Source of the DNA: Paramecium tetraurelia
Taxonomy: Eukaryota
Assembly (NCBI GenBank): GCA_000165425.1
Contig: CT868596.1
Location: forward strand, 62,001-126,000
DNA length: 64,000 bases
Direction of reading: 5' to 3'
Below are positions 27,852 through 40,180 of the stretch, piece after piece. A program made the translations under genes and the position numbers. Position 1 is the stretch's first letter; the number at the start of each line of letters is the position of its first letter. The notes under the pieces are model-generated. The model did no database searches. It was not told the DNA's origin and saw only the letters and a program-made list of their open reading frames with translations.

Positions 27852-27914
27852 GTTGCAAGGATTGAATAATAAATTTTATATTTTGTATATAAAATCATTA
27901 CGCAATCAAGCTGA

Positions 27915-29331
27915 ATGCTAGAATCTCTACGGAACCCTAAGGTAAAAAAAATTATAGAGGATGCTATCGGAGGTTGCGATTAGTAGACAGCTACTGTTCT
28001 TGATTTGTCTTTTGTACATCTTTACACTTGTGAAGAGGGAAAACACAAATTTCATCATTGTAGAGCAGAAGGAATCTTAGTATTTCTGATTGATAGGAGA
28101 GAAGGAAAAGTATTTACCTTATTAAAGCATTAGGCATTCTATTTAAGAGTACTTCATCCAGCTACCTTGGAGGTCAAATTCTCTGTTGAATTGTATTTTG
28201 GATTTATTGAGAGTTGGTCTCCAGTGAGGGGATTTAATAATTTTTATGCATTTCCATTTAGCAAAGGATTTGTTGGAATGCTCTTTGTAAATGATTAAGA
28301 AGCATAAAGAATTACATAAAAAATTAGATAATATGCTCCATCCAAAAAAGATCTTGAAAAACTTAACTAGCAACTTAAGGAAGAGGAAAAGTTAATAAAG
28401 GCATATTAACAACAAGAAAAGGAAAAAGATTCATTTTCTTATTAATTCAAAGCTTTCTTCGGAAAAGAAAAAGTTGAAAAAGTATCAAATATAAATATAT
28501 TAAGCCAATTTAAATTGGGACTCCTTAAAATGTTAAAAGAAATACTCTTTCTTTGAATGTGGAAACTGGAGAAATAGATATAGACAAATTACCTCCTGTG
28601 CTTATAGAGGTCTTTTTGAATGCAGGAATTACTAAAAAGGATCTCTAAGATAAAGCAAAGGCTAAAGAGATTTTCAAAACTGTAGCCAGATTTAGTGATA
28701 AAAATTCACAAGCCACAGTATCTAAATTCTATCTATTTAGCAACTTTAGTCAAATTAATTAAATAAGAACTCGACAAAGCAATAATAATAATAAGCGACA
28801 AATCCACCTTCTCAAAAATAAAACCCAATTTAACAATAATAATAATCGAATAAACCATCAGTAGTAATTACAAATAAAGGTGCTCCACCTCCACCGCCAC
28901 CTCCTCCACCTCCTCCACCTCCTCCTCCTCCTCCTCCTTAAGTTCATTAAGGTGGTAACAAACCTCAGGTATTATAGCCACCCTCTCAAAAATAACAGTA
29001 ATAACCTCCAAACCAATAATCTAATTCGAATTAAATAAGTGCAATACCAGATCAAGTTTAAATAACCAATCCTACCACATAGACATAGGAAAAACCATAA
29101 CTTCATTCTATCTTAAAGAGCTAGGTTGATTAAAAAAATCTTGCAAAAGAAATTGAAAATTCAACTGGTTATAAAGTTTAAGGTCATGATATTAAGATGG
29201 ATATTGGTAGTATGAATGCTAAGGAAAAGGAGGATCTATCAATTATGCTTGAGGCGAATATGAAAAATAGAAAAATAACTTAATTTGCGAAAAGAAAGAG
29301 TAGTAGTGAGAATGGTTGGAGTGATGATTGA
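27915..29331 (+). CDS. WASP-like actin nucleation-promoting factor (WH1, GBD, poly-Pro, degenerate WH2, CA)
   Basis: WH1 (GILVFLID..FYLRV..VELY..FYAF..VGMLFVNDQEA); GBD (IGTPQNV..IDIDKLPP..FLNAGITKKDLQD...EIF); P18; C helix DLSIMLEANMKNRK; terminal ENGWSDD*. Confidence 0.85.
28885..28938 (+). repeat. CCN trinucleotide tract encoding 18 consecutive prolines
   Basis: ccacctccaccgccacct...cctcct read in the WASP-like frame. Confidence 0.95.
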
Positions 29332-29414
29332 ATAATTTTAAAACTAAATTAATTTAAACAATATAATCTATTTATATAACTTGTCAAATTAAATCTACAA
29401 TTTTAAGTAATTAA

Positions 29415-30442
29415 TCACATGTTTTGATATAAATTGATGATGTAGTTTTCATATTAGTTTTGCTAAATATTAAGCTTATTTGCCGTATCATATAGAGCAA
29501 TGATTAATGCTTATTACACTGATTATTTTTAGGGAAATTTCTTTTTTAAGAAGGCTGCAATTTTAAAGAATTGATTCTTTTTCTCAGCTTCTGTTTTATG
29601 AACCATCGTCTAAGTTAATTACATGGATTCTTCCATTCTGGGAGTTAAGTTTCCAATTTTGCTTTTTTCTATGAAACTCGTTTCTGTAATTGGAGAGAGA
29701 GATTATTTATTTGCCTATTTAAACTTAGATTGAAAATCATCTTTGAGTGACTGATGAATATTGTTTTGAACATTTTCAAAAGGGTTTCTGTATCTATTCA
29801 ATTGATTATCATGAATTTAAAGCTTTTTTTGCAATCCTCCCTCATTTGCCAATGATGTTGCAATAGATTCTTTAAGATGATTGATCACGTTGTTTTGATT
29901 GCTTTATAAAATTCTGGCTTTTCTTTCTGAAAATTACATTATTTTGCTAATAATGGTTAAAATCTATTGGATGACTTATTCGACAGCTACGTCTTATTAC
30001 TGATTTTCAAAGTATTATTAAAATAGATCTAAATCGTCTAAGCATTGTGAAACCACATCATAATCGGAAGCTAAGATTATGTTACTGCAGCATTTCCATA
30101 ACATTTATAAATATTAAATGATATACTATTAATCTGATGAATAGGTTTTGAGCATCTTTTTGATTTTATTTATAAGAAAATTACATTTTTATAATTTAGC
30201 CTGTAAAGAGTCTACTTGTTCGTATTAATCGCATTCTCCATTGCAATTTTGAGTGTGTATGTTGATTTAATCTGAGGGAACATAGCTCTCACAACTCATA
30301 CAAAAAACATCTTGAATTTAATTGAGTATTTCTTCAAAATTGAAATATTATTCATTGGACTTATTTCCATATTTTCTTACTAAGTATTGATGTGTAGTAG
30401 TTCGATTTATTGTCTTTTCAAAGGATGAAGCTGTATATACAT
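29415..30442 (-). CDS. Hypothetical protein with an N-terminal C2HC zinc-finger-like motif
   Basis: MYIQLHPFEK...VFCMSCESYVPSDQINIHTQNC...YIINLYQNM*. One probable 29-nt intron near 29950-29975. Confidence 0.75.
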
Positions 30443-30495
30443 TCATTCCGTTAATTAATTAATTGATAAATATTATTAAATAATATTATAAAACC

Positions 30496-31803
30496 ATGAA
30501 GATTCAAGTTTAAACTCCTGTCGTAGAATTAGATGGAGATGAAATGACCAGAGTATATCTTTTATTTAATCTAGATTATATGGTAACAAATCAAGAAGTA
30601 TTTGATCTTTCCATTTTTAGATCTCAAGATTGATTACTATGATCTTGGAATGGAAAACAGAGACAAGACAGATGATAAAGTTACTGTTGATGCTGCTAAT
30701 GCAATCAAGAAGTATAAGGTTGGAATTAAATGTGCCACCATGTAAAATATCAAATATTCACTTTGTAGTACTCCAGATGAAGCCAGAGTGAAGGAATTTA
30801 AGTTAAAATAAATGTGGAAATCACCCAATGGAACAATCAGAAACATCCTCAATGGAACAGTGTTTAGAGAACCTATTATTATCAAGAATATCCCTAGATT
30901 GGTACCAGGTTGGAAGGAACCAATAATTATTGGAAGACATGCATTTGGAGATTAATATAGAGCCACAGATTTTTTGATAAGTGAGCCAGGAAAATTAGAG
31001 ATGGTATTCACCAACAAACAAGGATAAGTCACAAAATATCCTGTATTCGATTTTGAGGGAAAGGGAATTTCAATGGGTATGTACAATACTGATGAATCAA
31101 TCATTGATTTTGCACATTCCTGTTTCAAATATGCAATTGATCGTAATTATCCTTTGTACTTATCAACCAAGAATACCATTTTAAAGAAATACGATGGCAG
31201 ATTTAAAGATATCTTTTAAGAAGTCTACGATAAATATTACAAATAAACATTTGAATAAAAGAAATTGTGGTATGAACATAGATTGATTGATGATATGGTT
31301 GCATATATGATTAAAAGTGAAGGTGGTTTTGTTTGGGCATGCAAGAATTACGATGGAGATGTCTAATCTGATGTCGTGGCTTAAGGATATGGTTCATTGG
31401 GATTGATGACTAGTGTTTTAGTTAGTCCAGATGGATCAGTTGAAGCAGAAGCTGCACATGGAACTGTTACCAGACATTACAGAATGCATTAGTAAGGAAA
31501 AGAAACATCCACTAATTCCATTGCAAGTATTTATGCTTGGACTAGAGGATTGTTGCATAGAGCCAAATTAGATAATAATAAGGAATTACACAAGTTTTGT
31601 ACAACTTTGGAATCAAGTGTCATTTAAACAGTAGAAAATGGAATTATGACCAAGGATTTAGCCATTATTGTACATAATGATAATAAGTAATTCTTTAAAT
31701 GTAATTTAGTGTTTCGAGAACCAAGTATGTGAATACTGAGGAATTCATAGTCAAGGTTGGGGAATAGTTGAAAAAAAATTTAGGTATCAAAGCAAATTTA
31801 TGA
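30496..31803 (+). CDS. IDH: NADP-dependent isocitrate dehydrogenase
   Basis: [69 protein letters not shown]. 3 introns. Confidence 0.98.
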
Positions 31804-31836
31804 GAGTATATAAATATATATAAAATAATAATAAAA

Positions 31837-32309
31837 ATGGTCAGGTTTAAGAATCGATACTTTGTATGCGAATACGTTTAAGAGAACTAAGAGAAGGAAT
31901 TCTCAGAGAGGGACCTATTAAATGAAATTAGAGATCAAGTCTAATATCATTTTGGTGATTTTGGATCTGCCAGAATTTAATTTTCATTTTAAGGTACATT
32001 ATGAAACTATCTAATGTAGTAAAATACCTAAATACTGTGTCGAGATTGTTTATTTTGAGAGTGGCTAGGGATTATAAAAATATAATATGGAATACTCTCT
32101 TGTTTATGAATATGTTTAGAGGACTTCCAATTAAAATTAAAGTATTAGGTTGTTCAGGTACAATAAAAAAATGCGAAATCAAGGCCAGAAGATTACTTAC
32201 AAAATGGGTTCATAAAGTGTTAAAATATGATATGCCCAATCAATTGAGAACTACAATAGTAAGGGATTATTAATAAACTTAATAAATACTACCTTAATTG
32301 ACCTAATGA
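31837..32309 (+). CDS. POP5: RNase P/MRP subunit Pop5 (Rpp14/Pop5 family)
   Basis: MVRFKNRYF, YHFGDFGSA, VKYLN..LFILRVAR, GCSGTIKKC. One intron. Confidence 0.92.
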
Positions 32310-32527
32310 ATTTTCATTTATAAAAATTGTATATGCAAAAGCAATTGTTATGAAATATCGACATAAATTATACGATCAATATATTTAATATTAAAATAAT
32401 ATGCAATCATATTATTATATTTGATGAAAATTGTTTAATTAGATTTTAATACGCAACATAGTATTTTATAAAATTTTAAGTCCAGGCGTAAATCATTTAT
32501 CAAATCTATTCTAAAAATAACCAAATA

Positions 32528-33214
32528 ATGAAAAAATCAATAGCATTTTGTGCAGCTTGGGCTTGTGGTTATATGATCAACGCATCTTAACCTTATCTCA
32601 AGATGTTACAGACCTTCAAATAAGAGGAAGACTCCCATAGTTTTCAAGAATTTATTCAAAATGAAAACTACTCTTAACCAAAAATAATCGATTTTCTTCA
32701 CAGTTCTCCAGAGAGACACTTTCTTCACAATATGATTGTTCAGAATGAGAAGGCCTTCAATTTTTTTAAAGTGTACTTACCAAGAGACGTCGATATGATT
32801 AGCTCAGAGAATAACCATCATCTCCATGTAGTATTTAATGCTGCAGATGAAGTTAGAGGGAATAACAACGATGTAAATAGCGGATTGTTGGCAACTCTCA
32901 TTGATAATGCATTCGGATAGCTAAGCTTTTTGGCAACCGGATTCATACCTTCAGTGACTGCCAACCTCCAACTCAATTTAAATAAAACCATTCATACAAA
33001 CAAAGACTATTTAATTAGTTGTGAGGTTGAAAAAGTACAAGGAAGGAAGGTATTTTTGAAAGCAATTGTATATGATAATGATAAAAATATTTGTGGTGAG
33101 GCTACTGCATTATTTATTACAGTGAATTGGGGAGGAAAACAATGGAAACAAGCCATAGAAACTCTCCAAAATACCAGATTTTTTAATGAAGGAATCCAAA
33201 GACTTCTCTACTGA
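32528..33214 (+). CDS. Hot-dog fold acyl-CoA thioesterase, THEM4-like
   Basis: GLLATLIDNAFG, SVTANLQLNL, VEKVQGRKVFLKA, EATALFI. Intronless in code 6. Confidence 0.85.
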
Positions 33215-33261
33215 TAGGATAAATTTGTTTAATATTTATATAAAGTAGTATAAAATACTTT

Positions 33262-34898
33262 TCATCTAATCATTTGAGGGAGCAAGATAGTCTTTATTGG
33301 TTAAGCTTCTTCTTTTTTGGGGAATGCATTCCAAAATCTAAGAGTTTCATCACCAGCACCAGTAACAATGGTTTCTCCATCTGGAGACATTGCTAAAAAT
33401 AAAACTCTGGAAGTGTGTCCCATAAGAGTGGTGACCTATGATTTAAAAAAGAACTACCTTTTGTAAACTTGGATATTTCCAACATACGATTTAATTCATA
33501 CTATATCCATGAGTGGAAATAAATTCATTGACATTCTTACTGAACATCAGATTGCAAACTTATGATCCAGTGTCTATCCAATCTAATTGTTGAGTAGTCA
33601 AAGTATTAAAGAATCTAATGGTTCTATCTGCAGTTCCTCCACCAGATGACAATAATCCATGTCTATGAGGAGACCAGGCTATAGCTTTGACAGCTGCTTG
33701 ATGTTGGCTAAACTTAGCAAGAGGAATCTATGATCCCATTCTCCAAACGAATAACTTATTATCATTTCCACCTGAGGCTAATTGGTATTCATCTGGAGAC
33801 CATTTCAAACCACAAACTTCTTATTTGTGTCCCTCAAATTTTCCAGTTTATCTCTTCTATCTTGGATCATGCAGTATAATTGATCTGTCTTTAGAACCAG
33901 AACAAAGAGTCTAAAATATATCATCATATTTATACATGTCCACTCCATGCCAATGATCCCACTCTTGCAGAATGTCCTTCTATGATTTACATTCTCTTCA
34001 TCTTCTCCTAATCATATATATGGATCTCTCCAGAACCAGTACCAATTGCCAATTGATTACCCATTGGATTCCAAATCAATGAACAGACTACATCATTGTT
34101 TCCGAAATCACAGAACTTAGTTACTCTATTATTATAGGCAGACCACAAATAGACAGAGGAGGATAATGCCACTGATAAGACATTCTATGAGCTCCAATCT
34201 ATCAAATTCAAATAAAAATCATCTTATAATTGAGGGGCATCCAGCACCTTAAATGGAACCTTGTTTATTTTCCTTTGACTGTATTGATAATCCTAACTAT
34301 TTTAGAACTATTCTCTATATTCGATCAGATTATTATAGGTTTCTAACACTGAAGGATTGATGTCTTATAGGATCTTCCTTTTCTAAGGAGTGTCGTCATT
34401 GAATCTGAAGATGTTTTTTGATTCCCAATGTAACTAGTCACTTTGTAAGGGTTGCCCAAAGACGTGCATCTTATAAATATCCTTTAGTGAAACATTTCCT
34501 TAATCCTTGTAATCACTTCCCTTCTAAGGTTCTTAGTTTTCATCTTCTATCTCTCTATATTAGAATTCCTCTGCCAGGTTTTATTTCTATCCACTCCTTA
34601 AAGGAATGTATCTGCAAGTCTTTCCTTGCTGAATTTACTTTTTGGGAGTACTATCTTATTCTACTTCGATTTAGTCTATAGAAAATTAAAAACATTTAAT
34701 ACCTCCTTATTAAGTACTTTGGATCTCTACTTTATGTAACATTTTGATAAGATCACTCATATCGCAGGTCTTTGCCTTCATATGATGTGAATTTTCCTTA
34801 TTTTATTTTGAAGGGGATATTTGTAATTTATCATCAAAACATGAGACTTCTACATCTATATTACGTTATTGTAACATTTTGATTGTATTCGTTGACAT
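33262..34898 (-). CDS. FZR1: APC/C co-activator Cdh1/fizzy-related (WD40)
   Basis: [68 protein letters not shown]-terminal IR tail (..PQMIR*). 3 introns. Confidence 0.92.
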
Positions 34899-35205
34899 TT
34901 TATGTATAAAAGGTATTTGCAAACAGATATTAAATTAATTTACGTTAAATTTTATTTTTAATTACACTTAAAAAGGCAAAATAAATATTATTTATAATAA
35001 TATTGAATCTCTTCCTAGAAAATAAATGACTTAACACTGAGGTATGGAACATTGAACCAATACTATCACATATGATGTTTAATAGTATATTTTTAATAAT
35101 CAAGAAGATACACAATTATGATGAAAAAAGTGAAGGTATATATGATAAGATTCATTTATGTTTTTTCTTCTCCCACAGAGGGTAGGATAATAATAATATT
35201 AATAA

Positions 35206-36858
35206 TCATTTTAACTTATATTTTCTGGATAACTAGCTGGATTGCTATGATGCTGCCGGTTTACCCCAATCTCTCAGATTGCTCTTCACTATTTAGGTGC
35301 TAATATCAAGTGAGACACCTTAAAATCTTTTTGAGACTTATTGGGATGTTTGTTCTTCATCTTATTTTATTTCTTCACAATAAAATTTATGAGATACTTG
35401 GCAATTAGACTGATTTGTTTGCATTATCTACTATCGTGACATTCTCTGCCATAGTATTATTGTTGTTTATCTAATTAGTATCGGACAAATTTAGATTCTT
35501 CTTTGTCAAGTATTGTTAAGCTTACATCAATAGAATACTCATTATTGCAGTTTTCTAATTTGATGTCCAATCATTCACACTCTTCTCACGTCTAAAGAAT
35601 AATAATAATTTTCATTTACAATTCCTATAGGTCGATCACTTCCTTTATATCTTCATTGGAATTATTCTTTAAATACTCCAAATTACTTGCTAAAATAACT
35701 GATAAATTGGCAAACTTATTCTCCTCCAATCTTATAGTATCTAATCTAGTAAGGAGATGATTATTCTCATTTCTTAATATGTCATTATCATTTTATAATT
35801 TCGCTATTTTTTTCTCCAATTAAATAATCTCTTATTCCTTCATCTTCTCTACCTCCTATGGAATCTCCTTCTGTTATGGATTCTATTCCTATTCTTCTAA
35901 TTGTTATTATTCTTATTAGTCCTCTAACTCTTTAATCTTTGCTGTCAATTTCTTGATTAGTTTCTAAGAGAAATGAGATCTCTTTGCCAATTCCTATTCA
36001 ACTTATTTATGAATTTCTATATCTCTCTTTAAACTTGTTACTTATTCTGATAACTTTGAATTCTTGAACAACAATTTTTCTGTCTGCTTTGATTGATATT
36101 CCAGTTCTGTAGTCAGTTAATGATTTTGTAAGACTGTTAATCTAGTTGTAGTTTCCAATTATTCTTTTTTCAATGCCAACAATGATGACTTTGTTTCCTG
36201 TATTTTATGAAGCATTTCTTTCTTTAATTGATCTATATAAATACATAGTGATTTCAATACCTGTTTCCTTTACTTTCTCTTTCTCCTTATCTGCTAATTC
36301 CCTCTGTTTATCCTTCCTTTCTTATGCCAATGTTTCTATCAATTTTGCTCTCTCATTTTCTAAGTCAGCCTTTGTCTGTAAAAAACTATCAATCTTCTCC
36401 AATCGGGCTTCCAAATATTTTATTTTATCAAGCAATGGTTATTTATCTGCCTCAAACAGTTGCCTTTACTTCTCCATCATTTTCTCTAGTTCAATAAATA
36501 CTTCATCTTACTGTAATCCTCATCTATATCAGCCATCTTCCTTTGTAACACTCCATACTCAAACTCAATTTTCTGTTTTTCCTCTCTCAACTCCTCCTTT
36601 TCCTTTTTATGAAATTCAATCAAATCTATTAGCTCTTTTTTTTCATCCGATAATTTCCTCTTCACCTCCACATTCTCATTCCCAAATTTATCTCTCTCAT
36701 TTTCCCTAAATTCCTATTACAAGAAGTTACATTCTATCAAGACGATCTTTCATATTTTTATGAGTCGATATTGCCTTCATAAGGTCTCTTCGTTAAGCAT
36801 CCAATTCCTAAGTTAACCCATCTTAATTTTGATTTTATCCTTTACTTTACTTAGACAT
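35206..36858 (-). CDS. CFAP157: Cilia- and flagella-associated protein 157 homolog
   Basis: Coiled coil with TTTRLTVLQNHQLTTELEYQSKQTEKLL and KRDIEIHKQVEQELAKRSHFSQKLI, matching recalled CFAP157 blocks. Several introns. Confidence 0.8.
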
Positions 36859-37279
36859 TATTGAAAATAATTAATTTATATACTCAAGTTCCAATAAAAA
36901 CTAAGATTATCTACTAATTATTATAACAATTCCTTTCAAAATCTAGAAAATTACAGGTATTCAACTGTGAAAATGAATCTGATGCTTATTTAAATAAGTA
37001 ATATAATATTAATAAATAAGAACTTTTTATAATAAATTATTGTCGAGCATGAGATGCTTATCACTTTTAGCTTTAATTTAAACTAAGTCCAAATCTCAAT
37101 ATAGAATCAGTTACTAATAATTATTGAAGTTTTAGATTACTAGGAAATAATAATCATCAGAAAATGGATCAGTAAAAAATAATCATGTATATTATATTTA
37201 GCAAAATAAATATATGATTATTAAGTTTATAATCAATTTTAATCTAGAAATTGAAGAAAATAAATATAAAAATTATTGA

Positions 37280-37964
37280 ATGATCAAAGGAACTCCGACG
37301 CCCATTAATAAGGAGGAATTGAAAAAATTAAATCAAATTTTATAATAGCTTATAGATTCAAATGAAAGCTTAGAATTTCGATAACCTGTTGATTATAAAA
37401 CTCTAGGTTTACATGATTATTTGAGTGTAATTAAAAAACCAATGGATTTGGGTACTTGTGAGAAAAAATTATAAAATTCAGAGTATAAATGTGTAGAAGA
37501 ATGTTTAGATGATATCCAATTAATTTGGGACAACTGCAAGTTGTACAATGGACCTTCTAGTGTATGTATATATCCTATTTTAGTGGATATCTAAACTATC
37601 TGAGAAGCTTGAAAAATCCTTTAAAAAATATGTGAAAAATTATCTCCCATTAGTAAATGTGCCTTAAAGCTCAATAAAAATTAGAAAGATTGCTGATGAA
37701 GCAGTTTAAGAAGACACTCAATTAACAATTTCACATAGTGAGAAAGTAGAGTTCTCAAACATTCTAAAATAATTAAATCCTGATCAAATTGGTGCATTAG
37801 TTCAGATCATTTAGACTAGTAGTCCGAGTGCCTTTGTTGTAGTCAGCAAAGAGAGATTCTAAATCATCATAGATAATATTGATTTCGATACATTCACGAA
37901 ATGCTAGAATTAAATTTAAACTTGGATGACAGGAGAAGAGATAAATAAGAAGGTTAAAATATGA
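37280..37964 (+). CDS. Single bromodomain plus ET-domain protein (BET/GTE-like; compare Tetrahymena Ibd1)
   Basis: FRQPVD..LGLHDYLSVIKKPMDLGT..DIQLIWDNCKLYN; ET-like EKVEFSNILKQL..IGALVQII..FQIIIDNIDFDTF. One intron. Confidence 0.92.
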
Positions 37965-38280
37965 ATTATATAATAATTTCACATTAACTTAATTATTTTA
38001 AGTTTGTACAAATAAGATAATTTCAAATCTTAAATATATATTTTGTCTAATTTAGTCGATTTAAATAGAATATATTAATCTGAATTAGGGCAAGAAATAT
38101 AATTATTATTATTATCGGATTTAAAAAGATAGATGCATTGAGAACGAAAAAAGAATTTACCTTGGAATCACTCAAACTTGAACTTGAAGAATCAAGGAAA
38201 AATTATAAAACAAAATTAATGATTTAGATGTGGAATGTTTTATTATGTTAAAATATTTTGAATTTTTGTCCTATTAAATC

Positions 38281-39606
38281 TCATATTTGATTTAAAGCTT
38301 CTAAACATTCAGCTAAATAATTAAATAAAAATTACCTTTTTTTTCTTTACTCTATTAATGATTTGGATTTATTTCTAAAGCATTTTCATAAACGTTTAGA
38401 GCTTCTTAATATTATTTCTGATCTTGTAAACATTAGCCTTTAAATAATTTAGACATTAACCTTTAACCATTAATGATTCAATGTGATTTGGATCAATTGA
38501 TAATGAAAGCTCGATAGCATCCATTGCTTCCCGAAACATTTGCAATTATCGTAATGAGTCACCTTAAAATCAAAAATAATTACTTTTAGTACAATATGCA
38601 TCCAAATGTTTTGGAATGGACTACAACACTTTATCTACCAAAATGATTGTTTCGTTATATTTACCAAGCATTTATAAACATTGGGCTAACACTTTAAAAA
38701 ATAGACATACCTTTGCAAAATAATGATAAATTGTCTTTTGGATTAATTAATAAACATTTATCTGCCCAAATGATTGATTCATCATATTTACAAAGAATTC
38801 TTAAACTTTCAGCTAACAATTAAAATATAATTATACCTTTGGACCATAACGATTAGCAATGGTTTTAATCTATTTGCAAGGCTTTATCTGCCCAAATGAT
38901 GGCTTCATCAGGTTTATTAAGAATCCTTAAACTATCCGCTAAACTTTAACACATAATCTTACCTTTGCCCCATATCTTGGAAGTTTCGAATGCCGTTATA
39001 TACTGTAATGATTTATCAAATAATTAAATCGCCTCTTAATAGTCATCATAATCCTGATATAGTTCATAGGCTAATGTTAAAGGTTTTCTTACCATCTTGA
39101 AATAATTATTTTGATTAAAGTACATCTTAACTATAAAATGTAATATAATCTAATTAGGGTAATTTTAAATCCAGGTATAAGTTTTCTAGTGAGTCTATGA
39201 AATCCTAAAAGGATTTTTAGTATTGTATTTTTAGAGTTTCTTCAAATGATTTGAATTTGATGGTTTGTGAAAAGAAAAAATGAACTTACTTATACTCCAT
39301 CTTTTAGATCTCATTTGATTTTTTCTGATATTTTCTTCTAATTCCATTAATCAAAAATTGAAGATGCTTATTTACATCATTAATAGATAGTTATAAGTAT
39401 TTTATTAAAGCTTCACTTTCTGTTTCAATTTTTAAAATATGTTAATATATTTATTATGGGTCTTCTTAGTTTTAAGGATGAGAAACATGAGCTCCTTATT
39501 TAATACATTACATGCATTAGAATCTACTTGCTTTACAAGATTGATCAAAACATATTAATTTTGGATATACTTAATGCTCTAGACATAGAAGACCTACTTT
39601 CTTCAT
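38281..39606 (-). CDS. TPR protein with an N-terminal Cys/His (B-box-like) domain
   Basis: MKKVGLLCLEHQ..ICFDQSC..CMQC..HVSH; six TPR units (e.g. ADSLRILNKPDEAIIWADKALQIDQNH). 7 introns. Confidence 0.88.
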
Positions 39607-40180
39607 AATTAATAATATATTATATAATCAAGTTACGATTTAATGTATAAAAACTACATAAAACAATTTGAATTTTATTTAACCTTGAACCCCAAATAGA
39701 TTCAAAAATTTTCAATTTTACTAGCAGCTTTTCCCTTAGGTTATTTATCTTAATATTTCAATTCAGGCATTTTAAAATACAATATTTTCACTTTTTAGTG
39801 CATCTGATATAACTTTTCCATAGGAATCCTACTAAGAAAATATTATCTCTGACTTATTTTAGATAATAGTTTCAAAATTAAAAGAATAAAGATATTTCAT
39901 AAAAAAATACGAATTAATACCCCTAAGTTTCTTTAGTTGAAATTAAATTTAAAACATAATCTTATTAAGCCATGCCTAATGAAGTTCCTATTTGAATTCT
40001 AAGACAACAAAATAAAATATGTCTGTTTTAATGGATTGATCTTAGAGATTGAGTAAATGAGTTTATCATATACCTGTTGATATATGAGAATAATTAATAG
40101 ATATTTCTTTCGTATGTTTACATTTTGGAGATGAGCAAAGAAGATTTATTCAGTGTTACATTTTCAAGTTTTGATATTAA

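Noticed and set aside
36173..36709. 178-aa plus-strand ORF in the track
   Set aside because: Antisense shadow of the CFAP157-like coiled-coil gene.
38020..38280. Short plus-strand frame ..DALRTKKEFTLESLKLELEESRK..
   Set aside because: No convincing start or homology; too short to call, possibly a relic.
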